Below are positions 49,701-60,600 of a DNA stretch of 64,000 nucleotides, in pieces; position 1 is the stretch's first letter; every line of letters starts with the position of its first letter. The notes below the pieces were generated by a model, which was given only the letters and a program-made list of their open reading frames with translations, ran no database searches and was not told where the DNA came from. The stretch comes from Marsupella aquatica (taxonomy: Eukaryota; Plantae; Marchantiophyta). A program made the position numbers and the translations under genes. The stretch lies in contig OZ316895.1 in assembly GCA_973895155.1 (NCBI GenBank), forward strand, positions 19,234,803 to 19,298,802, written 5' to 3'.

Positions 49701-51403
49701 CTTACGCCAAGATGAACCAGATGGAGTCTGTCATCATTGCAGAGCTCGACAAGGAGCTAAAAGCAACCCAGGAGGAGAGGACTACCTTGAAACAAGAACG
49801 AGAGGAAGCCCAGAAGGAACTAGAGGAGGCACGCAAGGACCTGGATGAGACCCAGGAGGAGTTGGAGGAAATCACGAGGAAGATGGAGAACCTCCAGCGG
49901 TGGGCCGACAACCAAACGGAGCGGCTGAAGAAACAAGCCGCAGTATTTAGGTGCTTGTCTTCATCAGGCCCAACTCCAATTGGGGCAACCAAGTTACCAG
50001 GAGTGGTACTGGCCGAAGAAAAAGCCGCGCCAACTGCACCAGTGCCGGAGGTAAGTGGGAAGGGGAAGGGACCAGCTGCCGAACCAGAAAAGAAGAAAAA
50101 GCGGAAACCTTCAGGGTCAAGGAGTAATCCGACTCCACAAGCCGTGGTGACCAAAGAGGTAGAACCAGCACCATCCTCTGACATGAATACGGCAATAGAT
50201 CCCGCTATGATCACAGGTAGGGATGGTGCGGCCCAAGCCGAACTACTCAGTAAGGAGGCCAGTATTCCAGATCCGCCTCTTGAGCAGGCCGGGGAGACCG
50301 TAGCCGAGGCTGAGGCCGTAACCGATTCTCGAGCCGATGCTGACGCCGATGGTGGACCCAGTCAGGCCGATGGAGAGTTGACTCAGTCAAGGGCAGGTAA
50401 TCTGTCAGGGAATGAGCCTACGGCAGTGGCTGAGGAGGAAGCGTTGGGGGCGTCCATTAAGGATCCACCACCGGTGTCGTGACGGTGCAAGGGCGCCGTT
50501 CCTTTTAGGGAGGGCGGACGTGGAGGGAGGAGGCGTGAGTGGGCAGGGCGGGCGCGGATCTCCACGTTTAGGATTAGGATCAGAACCAGGAGCGGCCCTG
50601 ACACTTAGCTTAGTGGGATTGCGGTCCCACTGGTAGAAGCAACACTTGTGCTCCTGCCTTGCTGTACATAGGTAGATTCGGGCAAGTAGATTACTGTTAA
50701 GTAGATTAGGCTTACGATGCAAAGAATGGCGGATCCACTACTAGGATAAGTACCTGGGCAGCGGGGAGCTCAGGGCCTCTTCTTTAGCAAGTTTTTAGTT
50801 TGCACCAGCCGGGCTGGGATCAAGTAGTACGAGAAGCTCTCGGTTAGTCATACAGTGACCCTTGTGTATATTCATGTTTCCTCATGCCTAAGAGCTGAAT
50901 AGAGTTGGCCTCACGGCTTAGTTCGCAGAACTTGTGTATGAGATGTACTGTTTGTATGGCAAGTGCATGGTATGACTCAGTCAGAATGAGTCATTTTGCT
51001 ATTTGTGTGTCGCATTAACTTGTGTGAAGAGTGCCCACATCAACAGAAGGAAGGAAAGTAAGCAGGGGAGTGAGAGTTGGATGTGTCGAGCTAAGAGAGG
51101 TCTTAGCGGCTTAACCAAGCCTATTGGGGATCATTCCGGCGGCGGAATCCAAACATACCTAACAAGACGGAGGGGAAGACAGGGGAAGACAGGGGAAGGC
51201 CTATATTAGGCCGGCTACGTATCTCATGACCCGATGAAGGATCTGTCCAGTATATGTGTGTAAAATGTTAATAGTAGTAGTAGAAGGTTAGCAGCGTCCC
51301 ATGCCGCTAAGCTGCGGAAACGGCCTCGCCAAGCACGAAACCTGCGGGAATCGGCTTGAGCTGGGGGGTTTCTTGGGTTTAGGGAGCCATGGGACACACC
51401 ACA
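46735..51403 (+). repeat. 5' LTR, 4669 bp
   Basis: TGTGATG...CACCACA; about 99% identical to 57617-62285 (roughly 40 substitutions counted by eye, no indels seen). Confidence 0.97.
47108..50482 (+). CDS. 1124-aa accessory protein of unknown function encoded inside the LTR
   Basis: Uninterrupted ORF; N-terminal helical block, LPW...EF...FGLP...C..P...F domain, disordered linker, long coiled coil, KKKKRK basic patch; homologues in two other LTRs in this window. Confidence 0.9.
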   Translation: MSNVNQVAHFWVCLFERATEYIKTYEDEESERAAREWQELARLWELQKTAFLGGELIKDEFLWTPTSNQLDDLLFCKDSVVGIREAIKNCNDIHWELKGSTERWTQATVLGETSTAAEMKRKGAVNDEATPAKRTRSAAPKKPAEQQNRRQGEAEEEEVDPIKAIPTRDDTWKGWAATLPVEVQLHFAREEDACFTAMQTKKYQGFMAGSGLEAFVRLPWLKPEVPESDLLEFLGSWEPETNCTRIYGKDFYLTPKVIAEVFGLPIGNKTKVDTRKTLPDKEFRSFPGPSTKNGFFRNTCTNPHIGEMIDFLRVTMHCNLPRAEIGKAQVYLAERPDPSRDYNGYLLNQLKKILKEEQQVIGMGSVSRLGYHMPLLCRYARGQTFAPVLPLQVRAPEEAPTPRPLAEKPQPPVSPTIEQVFRPKKEDLPMQQPGMHSLLKLLEKEKKSASATTTATATMQDTTIEVGLHRLTRENPFAGDKERIRPESKPGVRMYVGTSSSKSEAELPEAPTNEEEREKSDVQEVEEAVEDCSHDNSGYGSDHHVPGVRTCGRFVPTLPRVVRGDPNQQSSPESPPPDVAPPSFNGIKQTVQEFQERIKQEEEAALAKEKDLPGGDWPEDIRRLAKKGSKPLATIEEIRRTAWEQRPRWAMPITSTYSTYAKNRAMEYGEMCGELALGIFGEELEVGPFFHREQLEKHQLEEAVALERSKKDEVIRRLRRMEAEIEDLRAAKKAQDELRIKRHELNIMQGQLDTAQADNQNIKDKLTQTQEELADTIKEREKWKQELKNTEEAHITANSRAMAETQRKEWALKGELEKIRGALEQKEAELGKSYQGIMALQQELASLTANFKADLREKDEMLEQTYAKMNQMESVIIAELDKELKATQEERTTLKQEREEAQKELEEARKDLDETQEELEEITRKMENLQRWADNQTERLKKQAAVFRCLSSSGPTPIGATKLPGVVLAEEKAAPTAPVPEVSGKGKGPAAEPEKKKKRKPSGSRSNPTPQAVVTKEVEPAPSSDMNTAIDPAMITGRDGAAQAELLSKEASIPDPPLEQAGETVAEAEAVTDSRADADADGGPSQADGELTQSRAGNLSGNEPTAVAEEEALGASIKDPPPVS

Positions 51404-51407
51404 TTTT

Positions 51408-51425
51408 TGGCGCTAGATGGAGGGG
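51408..51425 (+). promoter_or_regulatory. Primer binding site
   Basis: TGGCGCTAGATGGAGGGG, 4 nt after the LTR end; TGG complements the tRNA CCA end; tRNA identity not assigned. Confidence 0.8.
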
Positions 51426-51472
51426 GCATTTCTTAAGCCGTGAGATATGAAGTTAGAACGGAAGCGTAGGTA

Positions 51473-54466
51473 ATGACTGACCTTACGCCGAGGGAAGAAA
51501 GAGTGATTCAACGGGAGAGAGCTCGACTGCAGCAGCTCGCCGGGTGGCATGATACACAGCGACTGAGAGGGGCAGAAAGAGCTGGTAGCTCCGAAACTGG
51601 AAGTGGCGTCGAAGAAGACATACCAGAAGAAGAGTCGGTAAGGAGAAGTGAGTCTCCAACTGACATGGGGGAACCAGAGGCACGGCCAGACGAGAGGCCA
51701 AGGACCAGATTGAGCCAGCGGTCGCGCATACATTACAAGGCATTTCATGGGAGAGGAGATGAGGATCCGGACGAATGGTTGGATGATTTCGAGAGAACCG
51801 CTGCAGCAAATGGAGAATCGGCCATCAAGATGCAGATTCTTCCCGGCCTGTTCAAGGGTGAGGCTAGGCCTTGGTACAGAGCATTAGATGTGGAAGATCA
51901 AGCCATCTGGGATATCTTCAAAACACTCTTTGTTAAGGAGTTTCGACCCATTGGAACTTCAGAACTAGCAGTGCTGAAGTTGGGACAACTTCGGTTCAAG
52001 GAGAACAAATCCTTCAGGAAGTTCTTGCAACGCTTTCAGAAACTGGTAAGATGTACAAAGACCAATGCATCTGAAGGTATGCAACTTCAATGGTTGGTGA
52101 ATGCTTTGCCACAGAAGATGAGTTTTGCAATTAGGAAGGAGAACCCGGAGACTTTAGCCGAAGCAATTAAGGATATTCAATTATACATTAATGCAGATAT
52201 CACAAGCCGGAAGAAACAGCTTAAGTCTGAGAGTTCCTCATCAGAGGAGGGATCACCCCATAAGAGAAAAGATAAGAAGAAGAAACATCCCAATAAGTCT
52301 AGAAGTGATAAGTCAAGCTCGGATAGTGGGAGTAGCAAGAGTGAGTCATCTTCTAGTTCTGAAGAAGAAAAAACTAGGAAAAGGAAGGGCAGAAGGAGAG
52401 GGAAGACGAAAGTCAAGATGGAAGCTAAGCCACCAGATAACATCGTAGCCCTTACCAAGCAACTTAAGGCTATCATTGCAGAGGTAAAACCAAAGAAGAA
52501 GGTAGTACAGGAGGATAGCTCTGTATGGTGTGCCTTATGTTATAAAACCGGACACCATAAAGATGCGTGTCCTAAGCTTAATACTAATCATGTTCGGCAT
52601 GTGGCCGAGATCAGACCATGTCAGGGAGAAGTAGAGTACTTTTTAGGAGATGCCGCTGATAGTGTTTTCGGCATCAGTGGGACTGGAGCACGAGACCTAT
52701 CCAACAGACCTGCATCTCTGTGGTCAGGGTTAAGGAACAATCCAGGAGAGATGTATCCTCGGATTATTCAGAACCCGTCAGTACCTCCTAGGCCGAATGT
52801 ACAAAGATTTGCGGCGTGCTATAATTGTGGTCAACCTGGCCATTTTGCTAGAGAATGCCCGAATGCACGCAAACAGGGTGATGGACAACCAGCTCAGCTA
52901 TGTATGGGATGCCGACAGGAAGGTCATATGCTAGGGCAATGTCCTACTTGGTTGGCAGGCCTGGCCGCAAATCATAAGCTTTTGCCGATCAAGATCTTAC
53001 CGCCAGGTACTACCCCCGGAGGAGTTCAAATCAACCACATCGAACTAGGATGGCAAGAGGATGCCGAGGCAGAGTTCGTACCATCTGCTGATGAGGCCGA
53101 AGCCCTATCAACCTTCTCAGAGGAGGATTTAGATCATGATTGCTACCGGGCCTCTACTCGATCTACCAGAAGGAAGGAAAGGTGGGATGGGCTGGCCAAA
53201 AATAAAGGGAAGGTTACGGAGGAAAGGATCGACTCTTCGTCAACATCAACAGAAGGAGAAGGGAGGGCTCCGGCAATACAGGTAAGCCATGAGCCCACCA
53301 GTGAAACCAATCCTTCACAAGATAGCGACTTCAATCGAGATCATCCTAAGTTGTTCTACCCCTCTGTTACGGCTAGTGTTAAGGAACAACTAAGAGAATT
53401 AGAAACCCTGGAGAATACCGAAGCCATTGCCAAGGATGTAAAACGAGCAAAAGCATTGTTTGCTTTGGAAGACCCAACAGCTGTGGAGACTAGCGTGGCA
53501 AAACTGGCCGAATCCAAGATGGAAACACCACCAGAAGAGAAGCCGATTGTTCCCTATGACCTGGCTAAAGATGTACTAGAATCTAGAGTCTCGGCAACAG
53601 TAGGTCAACTATTGAAAAATAGCCCGTACTTCCGGAAGCAATTAAGGAAGGCTATTCTCGGCAAGCCAAGATTACCCAAGGTAGCAACCAGATCCGACGT
53701 ACTAATGATAGAAGAAGATCAAGGAGCCCCAGCATTACCATTAATGATTCAAGGAGAATTATTACTACGGGTACCCATCAATGGAGGATCAGGGGTATGT
53801 ATTATGATTGATTCAACAGCAAAAGGGTGGGGTCTAACACCGGAGATGACTGGAAGAGTGTTGAACATGGCCAATGGATATCAGGTCATTCCCACGGGAG
53901 TGTTAACCGGCATCAAGACAGAGATAGGAGGTATCTTCTTTAGCATTAACTATGTAGTAATGAAGCCGGTAAATCCTACGTCATTCCGGCTATTGATTGG
54001 TAGGCCATGGCTGTACCTAGCCGAGGTAATAGAAGATTGGGGTAAAAAGCAGTTCACTTTCGGGACCCCCTCTATCACGGTATCCTGGGACACTAAGGAT
54101 GACCGTAGGAAAAGCATAAGGGAAGTAGATGGGTACGACAGTGGACTGGAGTCAGCCGATGAAGTACGTTGGTTAGAATGCCTCACTAACCTAACCGAAG
54201 AAGGAGTCTTTGGACCAGAGGTAGCCCCCAGCGGATTATGGCAAGAACCAATGGAAGGTGACTTGGAAGAAGAAGACGAAGAGGTCGAGGACTGCTTTAC
54301 AATAGAATCCACCTTTTTAGCTGCAATTCCGGAGGAAGTAAAGGATGTAGACCAATTGGATGAAACGGCTAAGTGGGGAGCAGTAGCAGGGACAGTGGAT
54401 TTTCTGCAGGCGTTGTGGCAGAGCCGACGGGGTCCACAACGCCATCGATCATCGGCAAGGAATTAA
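51473..54466 (+). CDS. gag: Gag-protease polyprotein, 997 aa
   Basis: FHGRGDEDPDEWLDDFE capsid start; three CX2CX4HX4C knuckles; protease with INGGSG (catalytic D replaced by N) and LLIGRPWL. Confidence 0.93.
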   Translation: MTDLTPREERVIQRERARLQQLAGWHDTQRLRGAERAGSSETGSGVEEDIPEEESVRRSESPTDMGEPEARPDERPRTRLSQRSRIHYKAFHGRGDEDPDEWLDDFERTAAANGESAIKMQILPGLFKGEARPWYRALDVEDQAIWDIFKTLFVKEFRPIGTSELAVLKLGQLRFKENKSFRKFLQRFQKLVRCTKTNASEGMQLQWLVNALPQKMSFAIRKENPETLAEAIKDIQLYINADITSRKKQLKSESSSSEEGSPHKRKDKKKKHPNKSRSDKSSSDSGSSKSESSSSSEEEKTRKRKGRRRGKTKVKMEAKPPDNIVALTKQLKAIIAEVKPKKKVVQEDSSVWCALCYKTGHHKDACPKLNTNHVRHVAEIRPCQGEVEYFLGDAADSVFGISGTGARDLSNRPASLWSGLRNNPGEMYPRIIQNPSVPPRPNVQRFAACYNCGQPGHFARECPNARKQGDGQPAQLCMGCRQEGHMLGQCPTWLAGLAANHKLLPIKILPPGTTPGGVQINHIELGWQEDAEAEFVPSADEAEALSTFSEEDLDHDCYRASTRSTRRKERWDGLAKNKGKVTEERIDSSSTSTEGEGRAPAIQVSHEPTSETNPSQDSDFNRDHPKLFYPSVTASVKEQLRELETLENTEAIAKDVKRAKALFALEDPTAVETSVAKLAESKMETPPEEKPIVPYDLAKDVLESRVSATVGQLLKNSPYFRKQLRKAILGKPRLPKVATRSDVLMIEEDQGAPALPLMIQGELLLRVPINGGSGVCIMIDSTAKGWGLTPEMTGRVLNMANGYQVIPTGVLTGIKTEIGGIFFSINYVVMKPVNPTSFRLLIGRPWLYLAEVIEDWGKKQFTFGTPSITVSWDTKDDRRKSIREVDGYDSGLESADEVRWLECLTNLTEEGVFGPEVAPSGLWQEPMEGDLEEEDEEVEDCFTIESTFLAAIPEEVKDVDQLDETAKWGAVAGTVDFLQALWQSRRGPQRHRSSARN
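54397..54456 (+). promoter_or_regulatory. Candidate -1 programmed ribosomal frameshift signal
   Basis: G GAT TTT in the gag frame, 5-nt spacer, perfect 10-bp stem (54409-54418 with 54434-54443), loop GCCGA pairing with TCGGC at 54452-54456; pol lies in the -1 frame. Confidence 0.7.
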
Positions 54467-57400
54467 ATACCAAGGGATCGGCATACAAGCCGATTACGAG
54501 GGCAGAACAAATTGAGGCCCTATTAGAAGCCAAGAGAGCACAGCGGCCTAACTCTCAGGAGCAAGAGGTGGATGAGATGGACAGACACGATCCAGAGCCA
54601 AGGCAGGAAGGGGAGCCGACCACTAATTCAAAACCGCATAGACCGGTAAGGGGACAATCTATGGACACCAAGGAAGGGACCGACTCGGCTAGTCCAGCCG
54701 AGATCCCAGTTTATGGAGGTATGAGATTAGAGAGACTGGAAGCCGAACTGGACCCGAATTTGAAGAAGCAGATTAATATGATCCAAGCACGGCAATATCG
54801 GAAGCTTGACTTAGGAGAGGGAAGAGAACTGAACTTAGGGAGAAACCTAGCACCTGAGCTCGAGAAAGAGATCAGTGACTTATTGATTGAATTTCAGGAT
54901 GTGTTTGCATGGAGTCACCAAGATCTAAAGGGAGTAGATCCAACACTAGGGGAACATCAAATTGATCTCATGTTAGGAGCCAAATCATTTCGACAACCAA
55001 TTCGAAGGATGAACCCGAAGTATTCCCTGCTGGTCAAAACAGAAATCGACAAACTAGTGGAAGCTGGATTCATCACTCCAGTCCTGCATTCAGACTGGGT
55101 GTCTCCAATTGTGATAGTTCCCAAGAAAGCTGGACCCGATGGTAAACCCAAGATCCGGGTTTGTCAGGATTACAGGAAGCTGAATGAAACAACATTAAAA
55201 GACCATTTTCCTTTACCGTTTACTGATATGGTACTAGACATGGTAGCCAGTCATGAACTATATTCATTCATGGATGGATACTCTGGTTATAACCAAATCA
55301 GGATTCGGCAGGAAGACCAAATCAAGACGGCCTTCATCACGGAATGGGGGATCTATGTCTTCAATCGTATGCCGTTTGGACTCTGCAACGCACCAGCTAT
55401 GTTCCAACGATTAATGGTGAACATTTTTCATGATTACTTGAGAAAGTTCATGGAAATCTTCATTGATGACTTTGCAGTATTCGCGAAGGCATCGAAACAT
55501 GCTAAATACCTCAGGAAAACCTTCATGAGATGTAGAGAGGTGGGTCTCAAGTTACACCCAGATAAATGTTTTTTTGCAGTAACCGAGGGGGTGCTCCTAG
55601 GTCACAAGGTATCAAGGAAGGGCATTGAGATTGACAAGGGTAAGCTAGCAGTATGGCTAGATATCATGCAACCTAAGAACATAAAGGATGTAAGATCCTT
55701 CTTGGGATGCATTGGTTACTATCGCCGGTTCATCAAGGATTTTGCCAAGCTAGCTTTACCATTAACCAATATGCTCAAGGCAGGAGCAGACTTCGAACCC
55801 ACACCCGAACGAGTCACAGCGGTGGTAGAATTGAAGCAGATGTTAGTAGAGGCCCCAGTCATGATAGCACCGGACTGGAACAAAGATTTTCATGTTTTTG
55901 TAGATGTCTCGGGCTTCTGTATTGGCTCAGTACTAAGTCAGTTGGATGAGAAAGGAAGGGACCATCCCATATACTTCGCAAGCCGTCAGCTTGCCGATGC
56001 CGAACGGAACTACTCTACCACGGAAAGAGAAGCATTAGGAGTCATTTATTCTTGTAAAAAGTTTAGGCATTATTTACTAGGGTACAAGGTAATCTTTCAT
56101 ACTGATCACGAAAGTTTGAAGTACCTAGTCAATAAGCCGGACCTTACAGGCAGAGTAGCAAGATGGATTTTGCTATTACAGGAGTTTGACTATGAGCTGA
56201 GGATCAAGCCGGGAAAGTTACATGCCAATGCCGACTTCTTTTCAAGGATCACAGGTAAACCTGCCACGGATTGCATCGATGATCGATTCCCCGATGAGGA
56301 GCTATTCGTTGTGGAAATAGCTGGTACATGGTACCCTGAGATTTTACAATTTCTCAGCACTTCCAGATTACAGCCAGGATTAAGCCGATAGCAAGCCGCA
56401 GTCTTTGTGCGGAAGGTCAGACAGTATCAGTGCATTAAAGGCATACTGCACAAGCATGGAATCAACGGCACGATTCAAAGATGTTTGGAAAAGAGAGAGG
56501 TAAAACGAGTCCTACGGGCCATGCATGGAGAGGAGGCCGGAGGACATTTTGCCCCAGTAACCACGTCTAAAAAGATATTAAATGCCGGTTACTGGTGGCC
56601 CACCTTGCACAAAGATGTCTATCAGTTTATCAAACAATGCGATCCTTGTCAACGAGCGGGAGGACCAAGGGCATCCACTACACCCTATTCTACCTCTGGC
56701 ACCATTCGAGAAGTGGGGTATTGATTACATTGGACCTCTGAAACCACTGACCCACCCTCGACGGAACAAGTACATAATCCTGGCTACGGATTATGCAACT
56801 AAATGGGTAGAGGCCAGACCAACAACGAAGGATGATGCAATTACTACGGCTAGATTCATGTATGAGCAGATCTTCACCAGGTATGGAGCACCCCTAGAAT
56901 TAGTTAGTGATAGAGGAACCCATTTTTTGAATGATATAATTAGTCGTTTAAATGAGCAGTATTTAGTTAAACATAGGCCTACTACTCCCTACCATCCAAA
57001 GGCAAACGGGTTGACAGAACGAGCAAACGGAATTATAGGAAAGATATTGAACAAGACAGTAGCTCAGAACAAACTCGATTGGGATGATAAATTGTTTGCT
57101 GCTGTTTTTGCTTACAATCTTGCCTATAAATCCACTACCGGTCATACACCCTTCTTCTTAACCTTTGGACAAGAAGCCCTGGTACCCATGCAACTTGAGA
57201 TACCGACATTTCAAGTTACAATTGAGGAAAGAGCCTCAGCGGAGGAGAGCCTAAAGGAGCGAGAATATAGGTTAGAAGCTTTAGAGGAAGCGAGAATGAT
57301 TTCAGCCGAGAGAGTAGAATATAGACAGAATATCATGAAGCAGCAGTATGATAAAAGGTTAAAAGTAGTTAGTATTCATACCGGTGATCTTGTGCTACTT

Positions 57401-57603
57401 TATGACAGTAGGTATAGTAGGTTTCCAGGAAAGCTTTACACTCGCTGGTTAGGACCCTTTAGAGTAACCATGATGTTCCCCAATGGCTCCGTACAATTGG
57501 CCAACATTACGGGAGAGGTATATCCAGTTCGCATCCATTATGACCGCCTCAAGAAATACTATATGGACGAAGATGAAGTTGTTCGCGAGGACGCTTCACA
57601 ATT

Positions 57604-57616
57604 AAGTGGGGAGCTA
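57604..57616 (+). promoter_or_regulatory. Polypurine tract overlapping the last integrase codons
   Basis: AAGTGGGGAG-CTA directly before the 3' LTR TG. Confidence 0.85.
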
Positions 57617-60600
57617 TGTGATGCCTAGACAGGAATCACTCGGCCGGTTAAGTGGGTAAAGCAGGAAGGCACCCTAGGAACACCTTAGTATAGGGACAAA
57701 ACAAGGAAAATATAAACAATTAGGGGCAACCATGGAACCCGGGCCGAGGCCGGAGGTAAGGCTGAGGGTGAAAACCCGATTAGGGTTAGGGCGCGTTAAG
57801 CGTCGGCGGCTAGGAAGGATCAACGGGAAGAAGGACCGGCAGAGGAGAGGGGTAAGGAGCGCTTGCAGGAGATGGTGGCTCATTTGCGAGCACGAACTAG
57901 GCAGACGACTACGGGAGGCCAACTACTGTCAGCTGCTTAGGCAAGCACTCGGGGAGAGAGTAGATACCGACGATCGACCTAAGGAGGGTATGAGCAACGT
58001 CAATCAAGCGACACATTTCTGGGGATGCCTGTTCGAACGGGCAACTGAGTACATCAAGACTTACGAGGACGAGGAATCAGAAAGGGCAGCTCGAGAACGG
58101 CAGGAGCTCGCTCGATTGTGGGAGCTGCAGAAGACGGCTTTCTTAGGAGGCGAACTCATCAAGGACGAGTTCCTGTGGACACCTACTTCCAATCAACTCG
58201 ACGATCTTCTGTTTTGCAAAGACAGCGTCGTCGGCATCCGAGAGGCCATCAAGAACTGCAACGACATACACTGGGAATTAAAGGGTAGCACGGAAAGGTG
58301 GACCCAGGCAACGGTGCTAGGAGAAACCTCCACGGCAGCAGAGATGAAGAGGAAGGGAGCCATCAACGATGAAGCCACCCCGGCAAAAAGAACGAGGTCG
58401 GCGGCACCAAAGAAGCCAGCCGAGCAGCAGAACAGGAGGCAGGGAGAAGCCGAAGAGGAGGAGGTCGATCCCATCAAGGCCATTCCAACCAGGGATGACA
58501 CCTGGAAGGGCTGGGCGGCAACCCTACCGGTGGAGGTGCAACTACATTTTGCACGGGAGGAGGATGCATGCTTTACGGCCATGCAGACCAAGAAGTACCA
58601 AGGCTTCATGGCCGGATCCGGCTTGGAGGCCTTTGTAAGATTACCATGGCTGAAGCCGGAGGTACCGGAGTCAGACCTATTAGAATTCGTGGGGTCATGG
58701 GAACCCGAGACCAATTGCACGAGGATATATGGGAAGGATTTCTATCTTACTCCCAAGGTAATTGCCGAAGTGTTTGGCCTGCCGATAGGCAATAAGACCA
58801 AAGTTGATACCAGGAAGACCTTGCCTGACAAAGAGTTCCGGTCGTTCCCCGGGCCATCAACGAAGAATGGCTTCTTCCGGAACACCTGCACCAACCCGCA
58901 CATAGGAGAGATGATCGACTTCTTGCGGGTGACCATGCATTGTAACTTGCTGAGGGCAGAGATCGGCAGGGCATAGGTCTATCTGGCAGAAAGGCCAGAC
59001 CCAAGCCGGGACTACAACGGGTACCTCCTCAACCAATTGAAGAAGATCTTAAAGGAGGAGCAGCAGGTAATCGGCATGGGGAGCGTGTCACGGCTGGGCT
59101 ATCACATGCCGCTGTTGTGCCGGTATGCCAGAGGTCAGACTTTTGCCCCGGTACTTCCCCTGCAGGTAAGGGCACCCGAGGAAGCTCCAACGCCGAGGCC
59201 GTTGGCTGAGAAGCCTCAACCACCTGTTAGTCCTACGATCGAGCAGGTGTTTAGGCCCAGGAAGGAAGACTTGCCGATGCAGCAACCAGGCATGCACAGT
59301 CTGCTGAAACTACTGGAGAAAGAAAAGAAATCGGCATCGGCAACAACAACGGCAACGGCAACAATGCAGGACACTACTACAGAGGTAGGCCTACACCGGC
59401 TCACAAGAGAAAACCCCTTTGCTGGAGACAAGGAGAGAATCAGGCCGGAATCCAAGCCAGGTGTTCGAATGTACGTGGGAACCTCAAGCTCCGAATCTGA
59501 GGCAGAATTGCCTGAAGCTCCTACCAACGAAGAGGAGAGGGAGAAGCCGGACGTCCAAGAGGTAGAGGAGGCAGTGGAGGACTGCAGCCATGATAATTCC
59601 GGCTATGGGTCGGACCATCACGTTCCAGGAGTAAGGACCTGTGGCCGGTTTGTCCCCACACTTCCAAGGGTAGTGCGAGGGGACCCCAACCAGCAGAGTA
59701 GCCCTGAGTCTCCCCCACCAGATGTTGCTCCCCCGAGCTTCGACGGCATAAAACAGACGGTGCAGGAATTTCAGGAGCGAATCAAGCAGGAGGAGGAGGC
59801 CGCCCTGGCTAAGGAAAATGATTTACCAGGAGGAGATTGGCCGGAGGACATCAGGCGGCTAGCCAAAAAAGGAAGCAAACCTCTAGCCACGATTGAAGAG
59901 ATCCGCAGGACGGCTTGGGAGCAGAGGCCGCGATGGGCAATGCCGATCACTTCTACTTACTCCACCTACGCTAAGAATAGAGCCATGGAGTATGGTGAGA
60001 TGTGTGGGGAACTTGCGCTCGGCATCTTTGGAGAGGAGTTGGAGGTAGGACCCTTTTTCCATAGGGAGCAGTTGGAGAAGCACCAATTAGAAGAAGCGGT
60101 GGCTTTAGAGAGAAGCAAGAAGGACGAGGTCATTCGGCGGCTTAGGAGGATGGAAGCCGAGATTGAAGATCTAGGGGCGGCCAAGAAAGCCCAAGATGAA
60201 CTGCGGATTAAACGACATGAGCTGAACATCATGCAGGGGCAGTTGGACACCGCGCAGGCTGATAATCAGAATATCAAGGATAAACTGACTCAGACACAGG
60301 AAGAGTTGGCCGACACGATCAAAGAGAGGGAGAAGTGGAAGCAAGAGCTGAAGAATACAGAGGAGGCCCACATAACAGCCAACAGCCGGGCCATGGCGGA
60401 GACCCAAAGAAAGGAATGGGCGTTGAAAGGGGAGCTCGAGAAAATCCGCGGAGCCCTTGAGCAGAAGGAGGCCGAGTTAGGGAAATCCTATCAAGGGATT
60501 ATGGCGCTGCAGCAGGAGCTTGCGTCCCTGACGGCCAGCTTCAAGGCCGACCTAAGGGAGAAGGACGAGATGCTCGAACAGACTTACGCCAAGATGAACC

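Larger units (their letters stand above)
54373..57628 (+). pseudogene. pol: pol (RT, RNase H, integrase) with an in-frame TAG at 56389 and a frameshift near 56670
   Basis: FMDGYSGYNQ, MPFGLCNAP, IFIDDF, NYSTTEREAL, H-H-C-C zinc motif, WGIDYIGP, LVSDRG, GPF module; stop codon falls inside the 3' LTR. Confidence 0.95.

Noticed and set aside
47108-50482. LTR ORF as a retroviral-type envelope protein or a captured myosin/SMC host gene
   Set aside because: No signal peptide or transmembrane helix is visible, the coiled coil is generic, and homologues occur only in LTRs here.
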